Shown: piece after piece, positions 52,600 to 64,000 of the stretch
How the letters are laid out: every line of letters begins with the position of its first letter
How positions within the stretch are numbered: the first letter of the stretch is position 1
Origin: Malacoraja senta
Lineage: Eukaryota
Assembly (NCBI GenBank): GCA_038087875.1
Contig: JAXLNO010000306.1
Location: 1-64,000, forward strand
Length of the DNA: 64,000 bases
Reading direction: 5' to 3'
Position numbers and translations under genes: made by a program
Notes under the pieces: generated by a model
What the model saw: the letters and a program-made list of their open reading frames with translations, nothing else
What the model was told of the DNA's origin: nothing
Databases searched by the model: none

Positions 52600-53857
52600 A
52601 TATCCACCTACCTTCATGGTAATTGGCGGCTCCGTGGAATGAATTTCCGTCCCCGAGCTCTGGCGGGTAGAGCTCCTGGAGTATGTCAGGTGCGCATTTT
52701 GGAGGAGGGCCGGCCTTGGCCATGCCCTAAAAAAGACTTTGACTCATAATTGTCCGACTTCATGCTGCTACCAGCTTCAGGGAAACGATTGCTGCTGGTA
52801 GAGGCATATGGATGTTGCCGCCGGAAAGCCGAAACTCTGTTGGCTGATGAAGCCTGGATTTAGCCCCAATGCTTTCGCCTCGTCATCCAGGTTTTTGACC
52901 TGTTTAGGTAGGTTTTCACCAAATAGGTAGTTCGGCGACTGGGGTTTACATAATGCTGCAAATTTAGATTGAGGGTGGGCCGGATGGCATTCTTTTGGTA
53001 GCCATTGATCTCGAAGTGCGCATTGCATAGTAGAGCAAGCGCATCTTGTTGGTCCTCCGACAACAGAACTCCATTCACTGAGGTGGCAAAAGCCGTGATG
53101 CCTGAAGCCAGCAGGCCCAGAATTTTCTGGAGTTGTACCTCCTGGTTCCTTATGCCTCCACCCAGATGATTCTATATTGAGCTGTTGACAGCCGGCACAC
53201 TTAAAGATGCACAGTTAATGGGTGTGTGGTGCCTCTTGGCCGTGTCCACCATTAATTAGTCTTGAAGCTGGTGTGAAACCAGATAGTTGATAGTTGCCGC
53301 CAGTTCTTCTTCGAGCGGCTCTCCAGTTTGTGATGGCATCACAAATGTTGATGCTATGGGGAGTGTCTCTGTTCCTCGCTGCCTGCGCATCTTAGTATGC
53401 CCACTGGACATATTGCCCAACTCTGAGTCAGCCCACAACTGACTATGGATGCTCCCCTCCTCAGAGAGAGGGATACATCTAGTAGCCCTGTATCAGGTGC
53501 TGCCGCGGGCTCTCTCGGAGACCCGCGCTGATATAACTCCGATCTAAGGAGTGTATCATGTTGGAGCATCCTCTCCATGAGGTGCTCCATTCGGGACAGG
53601 CATCCGGCGATGCTATCCATAGTGGGAGTTGCACCCTCCTGGCCTGACTCATCTGAGTCTATAGGCCTCGCAAACATCTGCTTGGCTTCCCCCCCCCTCG
53701 GGGTAGCCACGGTGCTCTGCAGAGACACCAAGTCTGCAGTCACTGGAATTATCATCAGCGGCTGGGGTGGTGAAGTTGACGTCCCGCCGCTACCCGCGGT
53801 CCCACGGTCTTCTGTAGCGGATCTCCCCGCGGACCGTCTAGTCTTCATTTTGTCCAT
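52600..53857 (-). pseudogene. DIRS gag-like ORF, fragmented
   Basis: MDKMKTRR..., ALALLCNAHFEINGYQKNAIRP, YLFGENLPKQVK. Confidence 0.7.
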
Positions 53858-54128
53858 ATATCTTGTTCAACTTGTAGCGACCCTGCAAAACAAGTTTGAA
53901 TGAATACACGACCTCAGAATAAGCTCTAGAACTTACCTGCGGGTCTTTTAACTTACCGGTGGCAGGAGCGACGCGCCTGTCAGCCAGTCGTGGTGCCATG
54001 CAGTAGACGTAAAGACGCGCATGCGGGCTGGCGGGGTTCTTCACGTAGTCACTCACGTTACTCCGAAGTGAAATTGAAAGTTAAATAATGATCTTGCATG
54101 AAACTGTCTCCCAGGACGCGTTGCTTAC

Positions 54129-54279
54129 TGCAGCTGGCCGCTGCTCCGGTCCCAGTCAGGGTCCTCTTTGCCCCGCTCCTCTCTCACCACGGCTGATGGT
54201 GGCCGCATGCCGCCGAGATACAGGGTTGGCGAGCGGCGTTCCGGCGTTTGCTCTGGAATGTTCTCGGAACATCTCACAC
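54129..54279 (-). pseudogene. Putative P transposase exon 3 (linker)
   Basis: GC-rich segment bounded by ctttcaag and GTAAGC between AT-rich introns; no recognisable motif. Confidence 0.4.
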
Positions 54280-54401
54280 TTGAAAGTATTAAGTGTCATA
54301 CATGTTATTACATATTGTGCACTGACAATTGTATCAGTTATGATCCAGCATTGTAATTCAGCATAAGTGAGAAAATAAATGTTAATTTAAAAATTACTTG
54401 C

Positions 54402-54668
54402 CTCTTTGCTGCTTTGAAGCTTTCGGTGAAGATGGGATGTTCTCATTCTTCCCCTTCAGTGTCCTGCGTTGGGTAGACAGATGTTCGGTGGGTTAGTGAT
54501 GTCAAAGAGCGCTGGAACTGCATTCCAATTTAGCCTGTTCTTGGTCTGCTTGTGGGAAAACTGGTCAAGTTCAAAATGCTCAGAACAAAGACGGCAGTTA
54601 TTTGACAAATACTCCGCATTCGCTGTAAGAGATCATGTCGACGAGTATTCTGGACCCACTATCGACAT
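54402..54668 (-). pseudogene. P transposase exon 2 (THAP C-terminal half)
   Basis: Acceptor tttcag, then RCR*WVQNTRRHDLLQ / AEYLSNNCRLCSEHFELDQF...RLNWNAVPALFD: THAP W, CxxHF and AVP motifs. Confidence 0.85.
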
Positions 54669-55059
54669 CTGAAATTACAGAACATATCATGCAGTCAATA
54701 TGTTCTTATTCTACATTAAAATGACAGAGAGCTAGAAAGAAAATGCTCTTGAGGAGAAGATTTTTACAAGGATGTTGCCATGAGGCCTCGACCGTATCTG
54801 GGACAAAGGGGAGCACCCAGCTCTGAGATCTGAACTATAGTGAGAGTTCGGGCAGACTTAATACAATTGTCAGTATGAAACAGAGTCAATATGTTCTTAT
54901 TCTGTATTAAATAACAGAGAGGTAGAAAGAGAAGATTTTTTACAAGGATGTTGCCATGAGGACTCGACTATCTGAGCTCTATGATCTAACTACAGTGAGA
55001 GATTGAACAGGCTAAATAACATTTTCAATATGCCACAGAAGTAATACATGTTCTCTTAT

Positions 55060-55169
55060 CTTTCCTCCTTAATGGGGAACCTAAAGAAAGACAAGTCGGG
55101 TCAGCTAAATTGGCGATTGGAACAATTTACCGCAGAGCAGAATGCAACACTAGTAGATGTGGACGCCAT
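55060..55169 (-). pseudogene. P transposase exon 1 (THAP N-terminal half)
   Basis: MASTSTSVAFCSAVNCSNRQFS*PDLSFFRFPIKEE(R): CxxxxC and FFRFP motifs. Phase-2 junction, donor reads ATAAGA. Confidence 0.85.
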
Positions 55170-55382
55170 GGCCAAAGCAAAGATACGAGTGCGGAGGGAG
55201 GCGGAAGTAAAGCTACGAGTGCGGAGGGAGGCGGAAGCAAAGATCCTATCTTTGTGCGGAAGCAAGATGGACGGAAGCTGGTTACGGAAATGGGTCCTAT
55301 AATTACCCATGAATCTGCCCATCACCGTACTACGTGTTTATCGCAGGAGTGGTCCATCTTGCTCCGCTATAGGATCTTTGGT

Positions 55383-55570
55383 CAAAGATACTAGAGGAGC
55401 AAGATAGACCACTCTTACGAAATCCAATGGACTGACGTGTAGTACGTATCGGAACGCAACGGAACGTCACTTCCACCATTTTAGGAATAAGATCCCGATT
55501 CCCCGTTATGTCTCTCAGTTTAATCCATGTCAGTCCATTGGTTTAGCAGTTTATCTTGGTCTCTTAGCCT
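55383..55570. mobile_element. Second P-family end or MITE remnant abutting the P element
   Basis: caaagatactagaggagcaagatagaccactc...ccaatggactgacgtgtagtacg is homologous to the end at 46434; degenerate inverted copy at ~55529-55567. Confidence 0.7.
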
Positions 55571-55699
55571 TCTATGTTAGACCATTATTATCTTGTTTAT
55601 AATAAAAGGTGCTTCTTTTAAAAAATAATTAAAAGGGAAACTGCGTATAAAATGGACGACAATGCGCAATGAAAGGTCTCTGGACCACATACACCGATA

Positions 55700-55763
55700 T
55701 GATGCGTGTGCGGCTAGACGGGCTCTTCTTCACGTAGTCACTCACGTGACTCCGAAGTAAAAT
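55700..55763 (-). mobile_element. Solo DIRS 5' terminus (subfamily of the 18540-23559 element)
   Basis: tgatgcgtgtgcggctagacggg...ttcacgtagtcactcacgtgactccgaagtaaaat closely matches 23497-23559. Confidence 0.9.
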
Positions 55764-56497
55764 TCCACAGGATTCACAACTCTTTGGGTGGAAAAAGGTT
55801 TCCTCATCTCAGTCCTAAATGGCCTACCCCTTATTCTTAAACTGCAACTCCTCCAACATTGGGAACATTTTTCCTGTATCTAGACTGTCCAATCCCTTAA
55901 GAATTTTATATGTATCTATAAGATCCCCTCTAATCCTTCTAAATGCCAGTGGATAAAGCCCAGTCGATCAATTCTTTCATCATGTGTCAGTCGCGCCATC
56001 CCGGGAATTAAGCTGGCGAACCTACGCTGTATTCCCTCTATGGCAATAATGTCCTTACAGAAATTAGGAGACCAAAACTGTACACAATACTCCAGGTGTG
56101 GTCTCATCAGTGCCCTGTACAAACTGCAGTTGGACCTCCTTGCTCCTATACTGAAATCCTCTTGCTATGAAGGCCAACATGCCATTAGCTTTCTTCACTG
56201 CCTGCTGTATCTGCCTTCTTGTTCTTACCACCAAAGTGGATAACCTCACATTTATCCACTTTATACTGAATCTTCCATGCATCTGCCCACTCACCCAACC
56301 TATCCGTCAACCTGCAGCCTCATAGCATCCTCCTCGCAGCACACACTGCCACCCAGCTTTGTGTCATATACAAACGGAGATGTTACATTTTAATTCCTTT
56401 GACTACATTGTTAATATCTATTGTCAATAACTGGGGACCCAGCACTGAGCCTTGCGGCACTCCGCTAGTCATTGCCTGCCATTATGAAAAGTACCCA
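55764..56497 (-). mobile_element. CR1-type LINE fragment
   Basis: RPHLEYCVQFWSPN, QQAVKKANGMLAF. Confidence 0.85.
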
Positions 56498-56591
56498 ATG
56501 TCCTGTGTCCGCTCAGATCTGGCACCAGATAGGCACACATCGTACTGTAGTCTGGCCCATGGCCGCAGAAACAGCAGAGTCCCCATCACTA

Positions 56592-57112
56592 TTTGAGCCA
56601 ATTTTGGACTCCATATCTGAGGAAGGATATGCTGGCTCTGGAGAGGGTCCAGAGGAGGTTTACAAGAATGATCCCAGGAATGAGTAGGTTAACCTATGAT
56701 GAGCGTTTGTCGGCACTGGGCCTGTACTCGCTGGAGTTTAGAAGAATGAGGCGGGACCTCATTGATACGTACAGAATAGTGAAAGGATTTGATAGAGTGG
56801 ATGTGGAGAAGATGTTTCCACTAGTGGTTGAGTCGAGGACTAGAGGGCGTAGCCTCAGTATTAAAGGATGTTCATGTTGGAAGGAGAGGAGGAGGAATTT
56901 CTTCAGTCAGAGGGAGGTGAATCTGTGGAATTCTTTGCTCAGTGGATATTTTCAGGTAGAGGTAGAACTATTTTTGATTAGTACGGGGTCAGGGGTTATG
57001 GGAGAAGGCGGGAGATTGGGGTTAGGAGGGAGAGATAGATCAGCAATGATTGAGTGTCAGAGTAGTCGATGGGCCGAATGGCATAATCTACTCCTATCAC
57101 GGATGACCTTAT
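56592..57112 (+). mobile_element. CR1-type LINE 3' fragment
   Basis: QFWTPYLRKDMLALERVQRRFTRMIPG...NLWNSL. Confidence 0.85.
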
Positions 57113-57449
57113 GACCACATGCTCCTCATTGCCCTCCACCTCTCGCACTCTTCCCTCCACCTCTGTCTCTATCGCTCCCCTACCCGCTCCCTCAAACCTC
57201 TTCCTCTTTCTCCCCACTCCTCTCCGCTCTCTCCCTCTCTCTGCCCACATGTCCCCCCTCTCCCCACTCTCCTCCGCTCTCTTCCTTCATTCCTCCCCGA
57301 CTCTCTCCCCACTCCCTCTCCACACACCCGCACCCTCTCTCTCCCCACAGTCCTCTCCCTCCTTCCCCACACATCTCCCGCCCTCTGTCTCCGCACTCCC
57401 TCTCTCTACCCCCAACACACCAGCACCTTCTCTCTCCCCACTGTCTGCG

Positions 57450-60400
57450 AGTTTAAACGTGGCGCTGAAACAAAGCCGAAGAGACAGACATCAGGCAGAG
57501 CCGTGGTTGTCGGGGACTCCATCGTGAGAGTACAGACAGGGGTTTCTGCAGCAACAGGCGGGATTCAAAGATGGTGTATTGCCTCCCTGGTGCCAGGGTC
57601 CAGGACGTCACGGACCAATTGCAGGGCATCCTCAAGGGTGAAGGTGAACAGCCAGAAGTGGTAGTACATGTCGGCACAAATGATGTCGGGAAGAAGAGGA
57701 AAGAAATTCTGCAGCGTGACTTTACAGAGCTTGGAAGAAGGCTGAAAAGCAGGACCTCCAGTGTGGTTATCTCCAGTTTGCTTCCAGTTCCTCATGCTGG
57801 AGAGGGCAGGAACAGTCAGATAGGGGATCTGAAGGTGTGGCTGAGGAGCTGGTGCAGGGGGCAGGGATTTGGATTCTTAGCCCATGGGATCTGTTTTGGG
57901 GTAAGGGTGAATTGTACAAAAGGGACGGGTTACACCTTAACTGGCGGGGGACCGGCATTGTGGCAGGCAGGTTTGCCACTGCTACACGGGGGGGGGGGGG
58001 GGGTTTAAAGTAAATAGTGGGGGGGAGAGACAAATTGGAAATACAAGGATGGAGTTAAAGGGAAAGAGAGTATAGGAAAAGTTAAGAAAGACACCAGAAT
58101 TAACGGGGCAGAAAGCTCACGAAGGGATATGAGAGTATGGCCAAGTGTAATAGGGATCGATGTGAAAGGTGAGGTGAGTAATGGATTAAAATATATATAT
58201 GAATGCACAAAGTATAAGAAGTAAAGTAGATGAGCTTGAGCCTCAGTTAGAGATTGGTAGATATGACATTGTGGGGATTACAGAGACGTGGCTGCAGGAG
58301 GATCGGGCCTGGGAACTGAATATTCAGGGTTATACATCCTATAGAAAGGACAGGATGGTGGGCAGAGGAGGGGGGTAGTTCTATTGATGAGGGATGAAAT
58401 TCAGTCCCTTGCGAGGGGTCACATAGGGACTGAGGATGTAGAGTCTCTGTGGATAGAATTGCGGAATTGTAAAGGTAAGAACGCACTAATGGGAGTTATC
58501 TACAGGGCCGCAAACAGTAGCGTGGATATAGGGTACAAGTTGCAGCAGGACTTAAAACTGGCATGTAACAAAGGTAATGCCACTGTGGTGATGGGAGATT
58601 TCAATATGTGGTAGACTGGGAAAATCAGATTGGTTCTGGACCCCAAGAAAGAGAGTTTGTAGAATGTCTCCGAGATGGATTCTTAGAGCAGCTTGTAATG
58701 GAGCCGACCAGAGAAAAGGCAATTCTGGATTTAGTGTTGTCCAATGAACCAGATATGATAAGAGAACTCGAGGTAAAGGAACCACTTGGAGGTAGTGATC
58801 ATAATATGACAAGTTTCAATCTGCAATTTGAGAGTGAGAAGGTTAAATCAGAAGTGGCAGTGATGCAGTTGAACAAAGGGGACTATGAAGGCATGAGAGA
58901 GGAGCTGGCCAAGGTGGACTGGAAAGGGATCCTAGCAGGAATGACGGTGGAACAGAAATGGCAGGAATATCTGGGCATAATCCGGAAGATGCAGGATCAT
59001 TTCATTCCAAAGAGGAAGAAAGATTCTAAGGGGAGTAAGAGACGTGGCTGACAAGAGAAGTTAGGGATGGAATAAAACTAAAAGAAAAGATGTATAACAC
59101 AGCAAAGAGTAGCCGAAGCCAGAGGATGGGAAACTTTCATAGGACAACAGAAGGAAACAAAACGGGCAATACGGGCTGAAAAGATGAAGTACGAAGGGAA
59201 GCTGGCCAGGAATATAAAGTAGGATTGTAAAAGCTTCTTTAGATATGTTAAAGGAAAAGGATTAGTAAAGTCAAATGTGGGTCCCTTGAAGGCAGAAACA
59301 TGTGAAATTGTTATGGGCAACAAGGAAATGGCAGAAGAGTTGAACAGGTACTTTGGTTTCTGTCTTCACTAAGGAAGTCACGAACAGATCTCCCAGATGT
59401 ACTAGAGGACAGAGGATCTCGGGAGGCAGAGGAACTGAAAGAAATTTGCATTAGGCGGAAATAATATTGGGTAGACTTGAGCTGGAAGTGTTTTGGCCCA
59501 AAACGTTTGCCTATCTCCTTCGCTCCATAGATGCTGCTGCACCCGCTGAGTTTCTCCAGCATTTTTGTGTACCTCCCATATTGGGTAGACTGATGGGAGT
59601 GAAGGCTGATAAATCCCCAAGGCCTGATGGTCTGCATCACAGGGTACCTAAGGAGGTGGCTCTGAAAATTGTGGACGCATTGGTGATCATTTTCCAAATG
59701 TTCTATAGATTCAGGATCAGTTCCGGTGGATTAGAGGGTAGCTAATGTTATCAAGAAAGGAGCGAGAGAGCAAATGAGGAATTATAGACCAGTTAGCCTG
59801 ACATCGGTGGTGGGGAAGATGCTGAAGTCAATCATTAAATAAGTAATAACGGTGCATTTGGATAACAGTAAAAGAATTGGTCCAAGTTAGCATGGACTTA
59901 TGACGGGAATTCCTGCTTGACTAATCTTCTGGAATTTTTTGAGGATGTGACAAGTAAAATGGATGAAAGAGAGCCAGTGGATGTAGTGTCTCTGGACTTT
60001 CAGAAAGCGTTTGATAAGGTCCCACACAGGAGATTAGTGGGCAAAATGAGAGCACACGGTTTGGGGGTATTGACGGATAGAGAATTGGTTGGCAGACAGG
60101 AAACAAAGCGTAGGAATAAACGGGTCCCTGTCAGAATGGCAGGCCATGGCGAGTGGAGTACCGCAAGGCTCGGTGCTGAGGCCGCAACTATTTACAATAT
60201 TTATTAATGGTTTAGATGATGGGATTAAAAGTAACACTAGCAAATTTGCAGATGACACAAAGCTGAGTGGCAGTGTGAACTGTGAAGAGGATGCGAGGAG
60301 GTTGCAGGGTGACTTGGACAAGTTACGTGAGTGGGCGGATGCATGGCAGATGCAGTATAATACAGATAAATGTGAGGTTCTTCACTTTGGCGGCAAGAAC

Positions 60401-60990
60401 AAGGGGGCAAATTGTTATCTCAATGGTGTCAGATTAGGGAAAAGGGAAGTGAAACGAGACCACACCTGGGGTGATGTGTGCAGTTGAGGACATCCTTGCT
60501 ATTGAGGTAGTGCAGCGTCGGTTCACCAGGTTAATCCCCGGGATAGCGGGACTGTCATATGAAGAAAGATTGGAAAGACTGGGCTAGTATTCACTGGAAT
60601 TTAGAAAGATGAGGGGGATCTTATAGAAACATATAAAATTATAAAAGGACTGGACAAGCTAGATGCAGGAAAAATGTTCCCACTGATGGGGGAGTCCAGA
60701 ACCAGGGGCCACAGTCAAAGAATAAATGGGAGGCCATTTAAAACTGAGATGAGAAACAACTTTTTCCCCCAGAGAGTTGTGAATTTGTGGAATTCTCTGC
60801 CACTGAAGGCAGTGGAGGCCAAGTCACTGGATGCATTTAAAAGAGAGTTAGATCGAGTTCTTGGGGTTAGCGGAATCAAAGGATATGGGGAGAAAGCAGG
60901 CATTGGTTACTGATTGTAGATGATCAGCCATGACAATGAAAGGCGGTGCTGGCTCGATGGGCCGAATGGCCTCCTGCACCTATTTTCTAC
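57450..60990 (+). mobile_element. CR1-type LINE, near full-length, decayed (ORF1 SGNH esterase, ORF2 APE-RT)
   Basis: ORF1: VVVGDSIVR, CLPGARV, VHVGTND. ORF2 APE: ITETWL, MGDFN, LDLVL, SDHN. RT: LDFQKAFD, GVPQGS, FADD. Insert 59478-59577 with 14-bp TSD atattgggtagact. Confidence 0.93.
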
Positions 60991-61619
60991 CCTCCCACCC
61001 TCTCTCTCCGCATCCCTCTCTTTCCTCTCACACCCCTCTCTCCAGACGCTCCTAACATTTCTCTACAAACCACATCTCTCTCCCCACACTACTCCCAATC
61101 TCTCTTCCCACACTTCTCCCATTCTCTCTCCCCACCCCCCCTCTCCCCCCTCACTCCTCCCCCTCTCTATCCCCACACACCTGTCACATCTTCACCTAAG
61201 ATGTGGAATAATAATAGTGACACAATATTTACAGGTTACATTCCTTTGTCTCTGTGTTTATTATCTCCCCGGGCCATGGCCTCCTGCCTTTTCTTACACA
61301 GCACACACCCGATCTGTCCTTCACGTCAGCTGATACAAAGAGCAAGATATTTGCATATCATTATCATAACTCATCGTCGTGACAACTCCCACTCTCTATC
61401 CCCACACTCCCCCACCTCCCCTGTTCTTTAACAGAGACAGAATTGGTCTCACTGACCCGACTGCTGCTGCAATATTCCCCCGAGGGGCCGTCACCCCAAT
61501 AGTATGCAGAAGGCAGTGCTTGTCGGAGAGGGGGAGAGCCACGGAGAATCCTGCACTACCCGCTGCCTCTTCTGATGGCCACCCATGTGGCTGAACCTCT
61601 GCTGGGAATGGGGACTGAG

Positions 61620-62345
61620 CCGATGGGATAGGGAGGAGGGAAGCGTGTGGGTCAGAAGGAGGGGTGGAGGGAGGGGGAGGGGCAGAGGTCGGGCCTGAGG
61701 GATGGGAGTGGGAGGGAGGGAGTGTCATCGGGAGGGGGGAGAGCCAGGGAGAGGAAAGGAGGAGTAGGGTCAGAGGGAGAGGAGTTGGGGAGGGAGTTAG
61801 GGGGACAGGGTGGGCGAGAGGGAGGAAGGCGGAGAAGGTGGATGAGTGTAAATGGAGAGCAAGGGGGATGGAGGCAGGGGGGGTGAAGGGGAGAGGAAGA
61901 GAAGGAGAGGAAGAGGGGGAGAGGAGGGGAGGAGGGAGGGGAGGGAAGAGGGAGGGAAGGGGTGGGAAGGGGAGGGAAAGGCGGGCAGGAGAGGGGAAGT
62001 GGGGAGCGCAAGGGGATGGGGGGACCAATGGTTGGAGGGGGAAGATGGAGGGAAGATGGAGGGGAGATGGAGGGGTGGAGGAGGAGATTTGGAGGGGGAG
62101 AAGAAGGAGAGAGAGTGGGAGAAAGTGCGGGAGTGGGACGGGGAGCAGGAAGAAGGAGAGGGTGCGTGTGGGGAGAGGGTAGGGGGCGAGGGAGGGGGAG
62201 AAGGAGGAGAGAGAGTGGGAGAAGGTGCGGGAGTGGGACGGGGAGCAGGAAGGAGAGGGGTGTGTTTGTGGGGAGAGGGTAGGGGGCGAGTGAGGGAGAG
62301 AGGGAGGGTGGGGAGGAGGGGGTTGTGGGGAGAGGTAGGGGAGTC
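61620..62345. repeat. Purine/G-rich low-complexity tract
   Basis: Almost entirely G/A on the plus strand, with a duplicated ~80-bp unit near 62100-62290. Confidence 0.85.
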
Positions 62346-62724
62346 TCAAGCATCAAGCAACTATCCTCCAGTCCACGGGAACTGATCCAGAGTTTATAGA
62401 ACATTGGAAATGATCACCAATGCATCCACAATTTCTAGGCCCACCTCATTGAGTACTCTGGGATGCAGACCATCAGGCCCTGGGGATTTATCTGCCTTCA
62501 GCCTCAACAGTTTACCTAACATCATTTCCTGCCTGATGTGGATATTTTTCAGTTCCTCTCTCCCGGTACATCAGGATCGGCAACCAACGGCGCACGGGCT
62601 GTTTCCGTCCCGTAAACCGAAATCATCTGGTCCGCAGGCGGGTTTTTTTCAATTCGTTTTCGCGTCCTGGGTGGTACAACCAGTCCCGGGGCTCACAGGC
62701 GACCTGGGAACTACAGCCAGTCCC

Positions 62725-64000
62725 GAGAAAATAGGTGCAGGAGTAGGCCATTCGGTCCATCGAGCCTGCATTCGATATGATCATGGCTGATCATCCAACT
62801 CAGTATCCCATGCCTGCCTTCTCTCCATATCCCCTGATCCCTTTGGCCGCAACGGCCACATCTAACTCCCTCTTAAATATAGCCAATGAACTGGCCTCAA
62901 CTACCTTCTGTGGCAGAGAATTCCACAGATTCACCACTCTCTGCGTAAAAATGATTTTTTCATCTCAGTCCTAAAAGACTTCCCTCTTATCCTTAAACTG
63001 TGACCCCTAGTTCTGGACTCCCCAACATCGGGTATAATCTTCCTGCATCTAGCCTGTGCAACCCTTGAGTATTTTGTAAGTTTCTATAAGATCCCCCCTC
63101 AATCTTCTAAATTCTAGCATGTACAAGCCGAGTCTATCCAGTCTTTCTTCATATGAAAGTCCTGCCATCCCAGGAATCAGTCTGGTGAACCTTCTCTGTA
63201 CACCCTCTATGGCAAGAAAGTCTTTCCTCAGATTAGGAGACCAAAACTGTACGCAATACTCCATCCAGGTGTGGTCTCACCAAGACCCTGTATAACTGCA
63301 GTAGAACCTCCCTGCTCTTATACTCAAATCCTTTTGCTATGAATGCTAACATACCATTTGCTTTATTCACTGCTGCTGCACCTGCATGCCTACTTTCAAT
63401 GACTGGTGTACCATGACACCCAGGTCTTGTTGCATCTCCCCTTTTCCTAATCGGCCACCATTCAGATTATATTCTACTTTCCTGTTTTTGCCACCAAAGT
63501 GGATAACCTCACATTTATCCACAATATATTGCATCTGCCATGCATTTGCCCACGCACCCAACATATCCAAGTCACCTTGCAGCCTCCTAGCATCCTCCTC
63601 ACACTAACACTTCCCCCCCCCCCAGCTTCGTGTCATCCGCAAACTTGGAGATCTTGCATTCAATTCCCTCATCCAGTTCATTAATATATATTGTAAATAG
63701 CTGGGGTCCCAGCACTGAGCCTTGCGGTACCCCACTAGTCACTGCCTGCCAATTCTGAAAAGGACCCTACTCCTACACTTTGCTTCCTGTCTGCCAGCCA
63801 GTTCTCTATCCACATCAATACTGAACCCCCAATACCGTGTGCTTTAAGTTTGCATACTAATCTCTTATGTGGGACCTTGTCGAAAGCCTTCTGAAAGTCC
63901 AGATACAACACATCCACTGGTTCTCCCTTATCCACTCTACTAGTTACATCCTCGAAAAATTCTATAAGATTTGTCAGACATGATTTACCTTTCATACATC
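62725..64000 (-). mobile_element. CR1-type LINE RT and 3' region (runs off the window edge)
   Basis: [40 protein letters not shown]; very similar to 26366-28040. Confidence 0.93.

Larger units (their letters stand above)
50351..54074 (-). mobile_element. DIRS1-type retrotransposon, second subfamily, pol largely deleted or corrupted
   Basis: ITRs (tacgtgaagaacctgccagcccgcatgcgcgtc / gacgcgcatgcgggctggcggggttcttcacgt), ICR ~50573-50682, YR fragments, gag from 53857. Confidence 0.93.
46434..55380 (-). mobile_element. P-element superfamily DNA transposon (interrupted by a DIRS element)
   Basis: TIRs share the first 16 nt exactly (caaagatcctatagcg) and match over ~38 nt; they enclose a THAP-domain P-type transposase. 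No 8-bp TSD found. Confidence 0.85.

Noticed and set aside
47911..55169. Functional host THAP9 gene
   Set aside because: Stops, frameshifts, a mutated donor and flanking TIRs indicate a dead transposon copy; orthology cannot be shown.

Overview
Eukaryotic, repeat-dense, non-genic DNA. The repeat families point to a cartilaginous fish, probably a skate or ray (inference). I can support no intact host gene. Main contents: (1) a ~9 kb P-element-like DNA transposon (46434-55380, minus strand) with terminal inverted repeats (TIRs) and a decayed, apparently four-exon THAP-domain transposase carrying a DHSY HCF-1-binding motif; (2) two DIRS1-type tyrosine-recombinase retrotransposons (18540-23559, and 50351-54074 nested in the P-element intron) plus a solo DIRS end, all joined to host DNA at AAT; (3) a four-unit head-to-tail non-autonomous Helitron array (30925-36563) inside a Rex1-type LINE tail; (4) Penelope-like GIY-YIG fragments and many short derivatives with a minimal hammerhead-ribozyme core, including a tandem trimer; (5) many CR1-type and Rex1/Babar LINE fragments, tRNA-derived SINEs, and two small DNA transposons. 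Most ORFs in the supplied track are spurious or are repeat fragments. Repeat boundaries were estimated by eye unless termini are quoted.
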